Program-made: the position numbers and the translations under genes
Source of the DNA: a virus
Taxonomy: Duplodnaviria; Caudoviricetes
Virus record (IMG/VR): IMGVR_UViG_3300033076_001009
Span: 1-38,692 of that record
DNA length: 38,692 bases
Strand: one strand, 5' to 3'
The notes under the pieces: model-generated
Database searches by the model: none
Seen by the model: only the letters and a program-made list of their open reading frames with translations
Told to the model about the DNA's origin: nothing
Shown: positions 6,803-14,610 of the stretch, in pieces
Layout: every line of letters starts with the position of its first letter
How positions within the stretch are numbered: position 1 is the stretch's first letter

Positions 6803-8751
6803 GCATCCTTTGGATCGACTTTGAGACGCGCAGCCGCTGCGATCTCACAAGCAAAGGTGTCTACAACTACGCGCAGGACATGAGCACCGAAGTGCTGTGC
6901 ATGTCCTACGCCTTTGACGATGAGGATGTCCAGACATGGACGCCTTATTTCCCCGGCGGTACGCCAAGGCCATTCCCCGAATTAGTTCGCCATCATATGG
7001 GCCAGATCCGGGCCCACAACGCCGCCTTTGAGCGTCTGATCTTCTGGTACGTGTTGCAGGTCAACTTCAAGCTCGAGCAGTTTTACTGCACCGCCGCGCA
7101 GGCTCGCTCCAACTGCGCGCCAGGCTCGCTTGAAGACGTGGGCCGGTTTGCTGGCGCGTCGATGAAGAAAGACCATCGAGGTGCCCAATTAATTCGACTT
7201 TTGAGCATACCGAAGGCCGATGGATCATTTAACGAGAATTCTGATCTTATGGCCGAGATGGTGGCCTACTGCGAGCAGGACGTCCGCGCCATGCGTGCCG
7301 TCTCCAAGGCCATGCGCGACATGACCGCTGACGAGCTGGCCGACTACCACGTCAACGAGCGCATCAACGACCGTGGCCTGCTGGTGGACGTGCCGCTGTG
7401 CCATGCCGCCATCAAATACGCCGATGCTGAGATGCAAGAAATCCAGCAGATCGTCGCCGAGGTGACCGAGGGCCAGATCACCAGCGTGCGTTCGCCCAAG
7501 ATGCGTGAGTGGGTGCTGGAACGTGTCGGGCCACAGGCCAAGGCGCTGATGTGGAACGGCGAGAAATATTCGATTGACAAGACTGTGCGGGCCAACCTGC
7601 TCGCCATGGAGAATCCCGATGAGATACCGCCCGCTGTCGCCGAGGTTATACAGTGCGCCGATGACCTCTGGGCGTCGTCAGTTGCGAAGTTCAGCCGCCT
7701 TGCATCGCTTGCGGACGAAGAAGATCACCGAGTTAGAGGTGCCTTTGTTTTTGCTGGAGGCAGTGCAACAGGGCGAGCTTCCTCGTACGGTGCTCAGGTC
7801 CATAATCTCCCGCGTAAAAGCGCTCAAGACCCCGACGCCGTCCGCACAGCAATGGTTCGAGGCCATGAGATCGTGCCTCGCTTCGAAAAACGCATTACTG
7901 ATGTCCTGAAGAAGATGCTGCGCCCGGCCATCGTGGCCGCGCCTGGTCATGTGCTGATCGCCTACGACTGGTCGGCCATCGAGGGGCGCGTGCACCCATG
8001 GCTGTCCAACTGCAAGTCAGGTGAAGAGAAGCTCGACATCTTCCGCTCGGGCCTTGACCCCTACAAAGTCAATGCCTCCGCTACCTTTCGCGTCGCTTAC
8101 GATGACGTGACGGGCGACCAGCGTCAGATCGGCAAGGTGCAGGAGCTGGCGCTGGGCTTTCTTGGCGGCGCAGGCGCGTTCGAGGTGTTTGGTAAGGCCT
8201 ACGGCCTGCACCTGAGCGCCTCTGAGGTGCAGCGGGCCGTGGACGGCTGGCGCAGGGCCAACCCTTGGGCCATGCACCATGGCCAAGTGCTGGAGCAGGC
8301 GTATCTGCGTGCGATGCGCCACCCCAACAGAGAATTTGCAGCCGGACGCATTGTGTACTTGTTCGACGGGCAAACGCTCTGGTATGCTCTGCCCTCTGGC
8401 CGGGTGTTGTGTTACCCCAATGCCAAATTCGATGAAGAAGGCAACGTGACATACACCAAAGCAGCATGGAAGCCAGCCGCCGACGCTAAGGAGTGGCCTC
8501 GCGCCCGTCTGTGGCGCGGTCTGGCTTGCGAAAACGTGGTTCAGGCCACGGCTCATGACCTGCTGCGCCACTCACTGCGACAGCTCGACAACGTGGTCGC
8601 CCACGTCCATGACGAGATCGTCGTCGAATGCCCAGCCGATCAGGCTGACGCTGTTTCCAAAATGATGTTCGATGTGATGTGTACGCCGCCCGCTTGGGCT
8701 GCGGGCCTGCCTTTGAACGCCGAGGGCGCGGTGACCACCCGGTATTCGTAA
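6799..8751 (+). CDS. polA: DNA polymerase, family A, with 3'-5' exonuclease
   Basis: IDFETRS (ExoI), AHNAAFE (ExoII), YCEQD (ExoIII), DWSAIEGR (motif A), RQIGKVQELALGF (motif B), HVHDE (motif C); start ATG 6799 overlaps the upstream TGA. Confidence 0.95.
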   Translation: MSILWIDFETRSRCDLTSKGVYNYAQDMSTEVLCMSYAFDDEDVQTWTPYFPGGTPRPFPELVRHHMGQIRAHNAAFERLIFWYVLQVNFKLEQFYCTAAQARSNCAPGSLEDVGRFAGASMKKDHRGAQLIRLLSIPKADGSFNENSDLMAEMVAYCEQDVRAMRAVSKAMRDMTADELADYHVNERINDRGLLVDVPLCHAAIKYADAEMQEIQQIVAEVTEGQITSVRSPKMREWVLERVGPQAKALMWNGEKYSIDKTVRANLLAMENPDEIPPAVAEVIQCADDLWASSVAKFSRLASLADEEDHRVRGAFVFAGGSATGRASSYGAQVHNLPRKSAQDPDAVRTAMVRGHEIVPRFEKRITDVLKKMLRPAIVAAPGHVLIAYDWSAIEGRVHPWLSNCKSGEEKLDIFRSGLDPYKVNASATFRVAYDDVTGDQRQIGKVQELALGFLGGAGAFEVFGKAYGLHLSASEVQRAVDGWRRANPWAMHHGQVLEQAYLRAMRHPNREFAAGRIVYLFDGQTLWYALPSGRVLCYPNAKFDEEGNVTYTKAAWKPAADAKEWPRARLWRGLACENVVQATAHDLLRHSLRQLDNVVAHVHDEIVVECPADQADAVSKMMFDVMCTPPAWAAGLPLNAEGAVTTRYS

Positions 8752-8752
8752 T

Positions 8753-8783
8753 AAAAAAGCCCCCGTGGATTAGACGGGGGCTT
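8753..8783 (-). terminator. Perfect 10-bp hairpin with a U-tract on the minus strand only
   Basis: AAGCCCCCGT-GGATTAG-ACGGGGGCTT preceded by A6 on the plus strand. Confidence 0.6.
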
Positions 8784-8812
8784 GAACCAACAACCCCAAC
8801 AAGGAGAGCAAG

Positions 8813-11104
8813 ATGGAGTTCCTCGAATTTATCACAAAACTGGCACCAGAGGGTGAGACCGCGCTGATTGTGCGGCAAAAGCCCCAGCTCAAGGACGGCG
8901 AGTTCCAGTTCCATGCCGATGGTGCGATCAAGGCCACATGGCCCGCCATGCTGCCCACGGCCAAGATCAAACCCGACTGGGCAGTTTACGGCAATACCGC
9001 TTCGTTCATTATCGACCGCTTCAAGGATGGCCACCCGTCCGCTAGCGCCGCCAACTGCGAGTACGTGCTTGTGCTGGTGCTGGACGATGTGGGCACGAAA
9101 GCCAAGGTGCCCCCGCTTGAGCCGACTTGGAAGATGGAGACCAGCGAGGGCTCGTTCCAATGGGGCTACGCCTTCAGCGAACAGCCCACGAAAGCCGAGT
9201 TCACCGCCGCCATCAAGGCCATCGCCGATGCAGGCTACACCGACCCCGGCGCGATCAACGCCGTGCGCAACTTCCGTCTACCCGGCTCGATCAACCTCAA
9301 GCCTGGCCGCGATAACTTTGCGTCTGTCCTGCGTGAGTTCCACCCCTCCCGTGATTTCACGCTGCCAGAGATCTGCGAGGCGCTGGGTGTCGTGCCGGGC
9401 GATGTGGCCGATGTGCACCGCCCGATCCGTATCAGTGACGATGGCACGGATGACGTGATGGTGTGGCTTTCTGACAACGGTCTGCTGCTGTCGAGGCCCA
9501 ATCAAGAGGGCTGGGCTGGCGTGATCTGCCCCAACAGCGCCGAGCACAGCGATGGCAACCCCGAGGGCCGTTATATGCCCGCCAACCGGGCTTATTGCTG
9601 CCTGCACAGCCATTGCATCGACCTTGATTCGTCCATGTTCCTCAAGTGGGTGGCAGACAACGGCGGTCCCGTCCACACGCCTGGTCTGCGTGAAGAGCTG
9701 CTGTCGCAAGCGATGGAATCCGCCCTTCGTAAGCTCCAGCCGACCGCCGAATACCCCGATGTGGCGGCTAGCGTGGTGGCCGAGGTGGAACGTAAGCAGC
9801 TGGACAGAGTCGAGAAAGACGGCTGGTGGGAGCGGTTTGCGTACATCCAAGACGATGACGCTTATTTTGATATGCAAGACCGCCGCGAGATCAGCCGTGG
9901 CACGTTCAACGCCTTGTTCCGGCACATCGACTGCAAGAGCATCAACAACGCCAAGCGCAAGATCGAGGCATCGGTCTGTTTTGATGAGAACCGCCAAGCC
10001 AAGGGCGCTAAGACGCTCGTCGGCGTGACGTACGCGCCTGGTGAGACGATCCTTTGCGCCCGTGACGGGCTTGTGTACGGCAACCGCTGGCGCGATGCTC
10101 GCCCAGCCGCTGCTATTGGTAACGTCAAGCCTTGGCTCGACCACGTGGAGCGCATGATCCCCGATCAGGCCGAGCGGGAACACGTGCTCAACGTCATGGC
10201 GTACAAGGTGCAGCACCCCGAACACAAGATCAACCACGCCGTGCTGCATGGTGGCAACCCTGGCAGTGGCAAAGATACGATGTGGGCGCCGTTCTTCTGG
10301 GCTGTCGGCGGTGATTCGCTGGCGAACGTGAAAAAGCTCGACAACAAGGAGCTGTCCACGCCTTGGGGCTACCACCTTGAATGCGAGGTGTTGATCATCA
10401 ACGAGCTGCGCCAGCCAGAGGCCAGCGACCGCCGCGCTTTGGAGAACAGCCTTAAGCCCGTGATCGCCGCGCCTCCTGAGTTCTTGACCATCCAGCGCAA
10501 GGGTCTGGCCCCCTATGAAGCTGTCAACCGTCTGCAAGTGGTGGCGTTCTCGAATGAGCGCATGGCGATTACCATCCCCTCCAATGACCGCCGCTGGTTT
10601 GTCATCTGGTCAGATTCCAATCGCATGGACGACGATGCATCTTCGCGTCTGTGGGCTTGGTACAAGTCCGGCGGCATGGCGGCTGTCGCTGCTTGGCTGC
10701 ACCAGCGTGACGTGGCAGCGTTCAACCCTGGCGCGGCCCCTATGATGACCGAGGCCAAGGCGATCATGATCGAGTCAGGCATGAGCGGCGCTGAGTCGTT
10801 CTTGGTAGAGCTTATGCGCTCACGCATGGGCGAGTTCTCGTCCGGCGTGCTGGGTGGCCCTTGGCAGTCGGTTTGTGACCGTTTGACGGGTATGGCTCCT
10901 CCTGGTATGAAAATCCCCGTGGCGGCCCTCCTTCATGCGTTCCGTGAGGCTGGCTGGGTGGACATGGGTTTGCTCAAGTCGCGGGCCAACACCACCAAAA
11001 AGCACGTGTATTGCGCGCCTGATATGGTCAACCTTGGTAAATCGGCGTTGCGCGATCTTGTGCAGGGGCCGGAGCCCAAGCAGGTGATGCGTCTGGTGAA
11101 ATGA
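8813..11104 (+). CDS. Primase-helicase fusion (RepB/AEP-like primase, Zn-finger, SF3/DUF5906-like helicase)
   Basis: VLDDVG and ETSEGSFQW primase motifs, RNFRLPG, CP...H...C.H.HC Zn site, GNPGSGKD Walker A, IINE Walker B, FSN, DRRW. Confidence 0.88.
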   Translation: MEFLEFITKLAPEGETALIVRQKPQLKDGEFQFHADGAIKATWPAMLPTAKIKPDWAVYGNTASFIIDRFKDGHPSASAANCEYVLVLVLDDVGTKAKVPPLEPTWKMETSEGSFQWGYAFSEQPTKAEFTAAIKAIADAGYTDPGAINAVRNFRLPGSINLKPGRDNFASVLREFHPSRDFTLPEICEALGVVPGDVADVHRPIRISDDGTDDVMVWLSDNGLLLSRPNQEGWAGVICPNSAEHSDGNPEGRYMPANRAYCCLHSHCIDLDSSMFLKWVADNGGPVHTPGLREELLSQAMESALRKLQPTAEYPDVAASVVAEVERKQLDRVEKDGWWERFAYIQDDDAYFDMQDRREISRGTFNALFRHIDCKSINNAKRKIEASVCFDENRQAKGAKTLVGVTYAPGETILCARDGLVYGNRWRDARPAAAIGNVKPWLDHVERMIPDQAEREHVLNVMAYKVQHPEHKINHAVLHGGNPGSGKDTMWAPFFWAVGGDSLANVKKLDNKELSTPWGYHLECEVLIINELRQPEASDRRALENSLKPVIAAPPEFLTIQRKGLAPYEAVNRLQVVAFSNERMAITIPSNDRRWFVIWSDSNRMDDDASSRLWAWYKSGGMAAVAAWLHQRDVAAFNPGAAPMMTEAKAIMIESGMSGAESFLVELMRSRMGEFSSGVLGGPWQSVCDRLTGMAPPGMKIPVAALLHAFREAGWVDMGLLKSRANTTKKHVYCAPDMVNLGKSALRDLVQGPEPKQVMRLVK

Positions 11105-11130
11105 AAAGGGCCCCGTTAGGGGCCTTTTTT
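11104..11130. terminator. Bidirectional intrinsic terminator between convergent operons
   Basis: AAAAG-GGCCCC-GTTA-GGGGCC-TTTTTT. Confidence 0.85.
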
Positions 11131-11188
11131 ATAAATTAAGCAGTGACGCTAGCAGCGCCGCGATGATGAGGGCCAGCAGGGCTACCAT
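11129..11188 (-). CDS. Tiny hydrophobic peptide (19 aa)
   Basis: GGAGG RBS; MVALLALIIAALLASLLNL; fills the gap to the terminator exactly. Confidence 0.5.
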   Translation of the reverse strand: MVALLALIIAALLASLLNL

Positions 11189-11367
11189 GGGGCCTCCTCT
11201 GCGTCTGGCGCGGTCGGTGGTGGCTTGCGTTTGTCGATTGGTATCGGTTCTTTGGGGAAGGGCCACCGCGCGGCGTGTGCCGTGCGCATATGCTGAAGCG
11301 CATAAGCAATCGTCGGGTGCGTGTTGGGCTCTAGATCAAGTTCGTCGCGCCAGCTTTCGGTGTTCAT
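11182..11367 (-). CDS. Hypothetical Pro-rich early protein
   Basis: Start placed at ATG 11367 (ATGA overlap): MNTESWRDELDLEP...WPFPKEP...EEAPW. Confidence 0.7.
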   Translation of the reverse strand: MNTESWRDELDLEPNTHPTIAYALQHMRTAHAARWPFPKEPIPIDKRKPPPTAPDAEEAPW

Positions 11368-11630
11368 ACTTGTTCCCCTGTTGCTTTGGCGATGGTGACG
11401 CGGGCTTTGTCTGTGTTCCATCCCATTGCCTCGGCTCCATCCATAAAACCTTTCAACGCCTCCAACAGATCAGGCGCGGCGGCAATCAGGCGAGCGTTGG
11501 CTTCATGGTTGGGCATCGAAATCATCGCCACTTTTTTGGTCGCATATCCGGGCTGATTCGGCGCTTCAATTTCAATGTAGGCGTTTGTACGCGCAACAGC
11601 TGCCCACGGCCCCGGTGTGTGCTTGCTCAT
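11364..11630 (-). CDS. Hypothetical phage protein (KHTPGPW...ANARLIAAAPDLLEAL type)
   Basis: Recurrent phage early-protein motif; AAGGAGG RBS. Confidence 0.85.
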   Translation of the reverse strand: MSKHTPGPWAAVARTNAYIEIEAPNQPGYATKKVAMISMPNHEANARLIAAAPDLLEALKGFMDGAEAMGWNTDKARVTIAKATGEQV

Positions 11631-11806
11631 GTTCGTGCCTCCTTGCGTCCTTGTTCGATCAGTTGGCGGGCATAGGTTTGATCCTCGGGCCGTTCGCTTG
11701 AGAGCATGGCCCGGAGTTTGTAGGCGATAGCGCGTGCTGATTCCGTGCTGTTGGCGCGTTCATAGCGGGCGCCCTCGTTGATGTAGTCTGCTTCAGTGTG
11801 GTTCAT
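11627..11806 (-). CDS. Hypothetical early protein (59 aa)
   Basis: Read manually: AAGGAG RBS, TAATG coupling, MNHTEADYINEGARYERA...QGRKEART. Confidence 0.72.
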   Translation of the reverse strand: MNHTEADYINEGARYERANSTESARAIAYKLRAMLSSERPEDQTYARQLIEQGRKEART

Positions 11807-11979
11807 TAACTGCGCTCCTTGTCCAGTTCCATGTTCAGCAGGTCTATTGTGCGCCGCGCCTCTATGAGTTCGGCCTCCAGGTCGGCGATGCGCTTAAACA
11901 GCTCGGCGGCCTTCTCGAAGCCTTCGGCGTAGCATAGGCGCTCGGCCTCGTCTGCGGGTAGTTGCATAAAGTCGATCAT
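11806..11979 (-). CDS. Hypothetical early protein (57 aa)
   Basis: Read manually: GGAGG RBS, ATGA overlap, MIDFMQLPADEAERLCYAEGFEKAAELFKRIADLEAEL... Confidence 0.72.
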   Translation of the reverse strand: MIDFMQLPADEAERLCYAEGFEKAAELFKRIADLEAELIEARRTIDLLNMELDKERS

Positions 11980-12239
11980 TTTGCGGCCTCCAGTCCTGCC
12001 ATGAATGCGTCCAGCAGCCCGGCCAGCTCGCGTTTAGGTATGTGGCCAATAGACAGCGGCGAGGTGACGCCGCCGCCTTCGTTGTACATACGGTGCAAGC
12101 ACACGCCGCCGTAAGCGTGACTCAAGTGGTAGTTGCCGATCTGGGCCTTGCCGTCAGCGTATGGCGTGGCGGGTGAGCCCGTCATCTTGTTCAGGCGGTC
12201 GATCTTGGCTTGCAGGTGTTTGTCGGTGATGCGTTGCAT
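11976..12239 (-). CDS. Hypothetical early protein
   Basis: 87 aa, GAGGAG RBS. Confidence 0.8.
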   Translation of the reverse strand: MQRITDKHLQAKIDRLNKMTGSPATPYADGKAQIGNYHLSHAYGGVCLHRMYNEGGGVTSPLSIGHIPKRELAGLLDAFMAGLEAAK

Positions 12240-12251
12240 GATTGGTGCTCC

Positions 12252-12404
12252 TCAAGGTTTCATTACAAAGGCAAAGTACAGAACGAAGGGCAAGGCGATA
12301 AGCCCCGCGAATGTCAGCGCGGCGCAGAGCTCGCTGAGCTTGGACAGCTTGCGCTTGATCGGTTGCGGGTGCATATCAATATATGTCAGTTGGTGCTTGG
12401 TCAT
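12252..12404 (-). CDS. Small protein with a C-terminal transmembrane helix
   Basis: AAAGGAAG RBS before ATG 12404; MTKHQLTYIDMHPQP...AALTFAGLIALPFVLYFAFVMKP. Confidence 0.7.
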   Translation of the reverse strand: MTKHQLTYIDMHPQPIKRKLSKLSELCAALTFAGLIALPFVLYFAFVMKP

Positions 12405-12417
12405 GGTTTGCTTCCTT

Positions 12418-12642
12418 TCAGTTATGCCGCCATACGCGCACGCCTTCAGGCAATGAGCGCACAGTGATTTCCCAGCCGTAATATTCAGCGATTCGATACG
12501 CCGCTTTGCGGGCTCTCCGCCTAGCGGTAGAGTCGGTGCATGGATACGACACCGATTCGCCTGGCGACAAACGGCTGAACGGGTATTGAGCCGCCCCGCC
12601 GCGCGCTGGCGCGGGGATTGGTACGTCAGTTTCAAATAGCAT
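12418..12642 (-). CDS. Small putative DNA-binding protein (VPIP...YPF..L..GES...GVRVWR type)
   Basis: AAGGA RBS before ATG 12642; recurrent basic phage protein motif. Confidence 0.75.
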   Translation of the reverse strand: MLFETDVPIPAPARGGAAQYPFSRLSPGESVSYPCTDSTARRRARKAAYRIAEYYGWEITVRSLPEGVRVWRHN

Positions 12643-12727
12643 GATTGATCCTTGATTAGTTGAGGGAACTGTCACTATAACCTACAAACCCACAATGTAC
12701 ACAATGACCCTGTGGGTTAGTAGGTGT

Positions 12728-12925
12728 TCACATAAGCAAAGCGCGGCAAAGCGCGTCAGCTTCCTGGGTGTCGATCGCTGTCTTGATCGCGTCAACCCAA
12801 TCGGCGTATTTAGCATGGTCGGGCCGCAAATTAACGCCGCCAGCTTTGCGGGTTGATTGAATGATCAGCCCAGCGATCGGGTGAAGATGCGCGGTGTAAT
12901 AACGGGATGCGTGAAGTGTTTGCAT
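12728..12925 (-). CDS. Hypothetical early protein
   Basis: 65 aa, CAGGAG RBS, first gene after a consensus-like promoter. Confidence 0.75.
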   Translation of the reverse strand: MQTLHASRYYTAHLHPIAGLIIQSTRKAGGVNLRPDHAKYADWVDAIKTAIDTQEADALCRALLM

Positions 12926-12957
12926 GATGTTGACTCCTGTGGGTTATTGATGGGTCT

Positions 12958-12985
12958 ACTGTAACAGATTCCTTTACGCTGTCAA
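12958..12985 (-). promoter_or_regulatory. Strong sigma70-type early promoter
   Basis: TTGACA-16 bp-TACAGT with TGn extension. Confidence 0.75.
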
Positions 12986-13012
12986 GCGTTAAAGATGTAA
13001 CAGTTTGTAACA

Positions 13013-13522
13013 GTGGGTCAAAGTGGGTTGAGCGTGGGTGATGGAATGGGGAAGACATCGCCCACGCTTGAGCCCGCACTGGATATAGCTTTGCGGGGTT
13101 TGTGGGTGATTGTGAGTAGTGTTTTGAAGCTACTCAAAAAAAATATCTGATGTATGTAAGTGCTGACTAACATAGGTTGTAGGGGCGCCGTATAGCCAGC
13201 GACATAAATTTGCTCGCTGGATGACCCACAAGTTCTAATTTGTTCTGTAAGTCATTGATTTTAAAGGCTTTTTTTGTGGGTCATCATGACCCACGTTCAC
13301 TGGCGCAAAAACGTAAGTGCTTGATTTTAAAGGCTTTTTTTGTGGGTAGTTGGATATACAGTAATACCAGCTCAGTTTTAGGTAATGCTTTACGTTTACT
13401 AAACTGTGAGTCATTGTGAGTTATGCAAAAACCATGACTCACAATCACCCACAGAATTAAGTAAGTGCTCACTAACTAACCGTTCATGGCCAGGCTGCTG
13501 TGGGCAGTCACCATGACCCACA
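13013..13522. repeat. Cluster of GTGRGY/TGTGRGTCAT repeats in both orientations (iteron-like, candidate origin or packaging-control region)
   Basis: Copies at 13013, 13023, 13034, 13060(rc), 13101, 13111, 13221(rc), 13275, 13286(rc), 13341, 13405, 13415, 13434(rc), 13444(rc), 13499 and 13513(rc); outliers at 12688(rc), 12711 and 12938. Confidence 0.85.
13247..13347. repeat. 35-bp direct repeat (2 mismatches), each copy containing an IHF consensus
   Basis: GTAAGT(CA/GC)TTGATTTTAAAGGCTTTTTTTGTGGGT at 13247-13281 and 13313-13347. The reverse strand reads AATCAAtgacTTA and AATCAAgcacTTA, matching WATCAANNNNTTR. Confidence 0.8.
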
Positions 13523-13679
13523 AAATCCGTGCAAGGGGGGAGGGGGTAGGGCCGGCGCAAAGGGCCTGTCGAAAACGGAGGGCTCGCAAAAACTTTTTTT
13601 TATTTGCAAAAACTGTAAACACACTCCTTACAGCAAACTGCCTACAATGCAACCACGCAAATAAACAGGCGGCTCGAAC

Positions 13680-14225
13680 ATGAGATCACTACCACTATCT
13701 ATCCGAGAAGTGAAGGCCACGGAGGCCACGCTTCATCGCATCTATGACGCAGCCAAGCTGGGCCTCAAGGGCGACACGCTGGCGTTGGCTGCCGGAATGC
13801 TCCCAGTTGAATACAGACGGTTGTGCGAGCTGGACCCAGTCGCAGAGATGGCCGCGCAAAAGGGCAAAGCCGACGGCGAGCTTGAGATGTCCAAGGTCTT
13901 GCACGAAGCGGCGCTGAGTGGCGACGCTAAGTCGGCGCTGGAGATCTTGAAGCACCAACACGGCTGGGTCGCCAAGCAGGCCATCACAGTCGATGTCGAG
14001 CAGCGCATCTCCATCACAGGCGCGCTGGCTGCCGCTGAGCGCCGCGTCATTGATATGGGTACAATAGACGAAGCCCCGAATCGCGGTAACGAAACGGGGC
14101 TTCTAATCAACCACCGTGAAAAGGACGGCGATGACTACGCAAATTCTAACGCAGGAACGTCTGCGCTTTCTGCTCGATTACGACCCAGCGACGGGGCTGT
14201 TTCGTTGGCTACGCCCGACCAGTAA
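13680..14225 (+). CDS. terS: Terminase small subunit (C-terminus probably altered by the HNH insertion)
   Basis: First gene of the late block, upstream of TerL; helical protein with LKHQHGW motif; the last ~55 aa overlap the HNH leader and gene. Confidence 0.72.
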   Translation: MRSLPLSIREVKATEATLHRIYDAAKLGLKGDTLALAAGMLPVEYRRLCELDPVAEMAAQKGKADGELEMSKVLHEAALSGDAKSALEILKHQHGWVAKQAITVDVEQRISITGALAAAERRVIDMGTIDEAPNRGNETGLLINHREKDGDDYANSNAGTSALSARLRPSDGAVSLATPDQ

Positions 14226-14610
14226 CCGCGCCCGCGCAAACATGGTTTGCAACTGCCAAGACAAGCACGGCTATGTGGTTATTCGCATAGACCGCAAGCT
14301 ATATAAAGCACATCAGCTTGCTTGGCTGTATACACATGGCACGTTTGCGCCCGAGCTAGACCACATAAATCGAATACGCAACGATAACCGCATAGCTAAT
14401 TTGCGTGCTGCTTCTCGGTCAATGCAAATGCACAATGCAGGAATGCTGAAAAATAACACTTCCGGCGTTAAAGGCGTAAGCTACCATGCAGCGTCTAAAA
14501 AGTGGCATGCACGTATCTGGGTTGATGGTAAATGCCGTCACGTAGGATTTTTTGCCACGATTGAAGAAGCACAAAAGGAACGAAATGCAGTCTACGATCT
14601 ACTCAGTTGA
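14131..14610 (+). CDS. HNH homing endonuclease with C-terminal AP2-like domain
   Basis: LTQERL...YDPATGLF, YKAHQLAW, LDHINRIRNDNRIANLR (HNH_3), NNTSGVKGV...KWHARI (AP2); AAGGA RBS before ATG 14131. Confidence 0.92.
   Translation: MTTQILTQERLRFLLDYDPATGLFRWLRPTSNRARANMVCNCQDKHGYVVIRIDRKLYKAHQLAWLYTHGTFAPELDHINRIRNDNRIANLRAASRSMQMHNAGMLKNNTSGVKGVSYHAASKKWHARIWVDGKCRHVGFFATIEEAQKERNAVYDLLS

Noticed and set aside
9278-10537. Long antisense ORFs (also 17160..18452, 28169..29215, 36229..37128, 2630..3502)
   Set aside because: They are shadow frames opposite well-supported genes, expected from GC-rich codon bias, and show no recognisable motifs.
13247-13347. attP site implied by the IHF boxes
   Set aside because: No integrase is present, and I recognised no dif-like or tRNA-derived core sequence.
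13013-13522. Possible CRISPR array, given the Cas4-like gene
   Set aside because: The repeats are short, occur in both orientations and are irregularly spaced. The 35-bp repeat has only two copies and is explained by IHF and iteron motifs. The Cas4-like gene sits in a standard replication context.
12926-13679. tRNA or small CDSs (13284..13472, 13486..13683, 12831..13079)
   Set aside because: No cloverleaf or T-loop signature was seen. The ORFs lack SDs, have atypical composition and are made of the repeat motifs.
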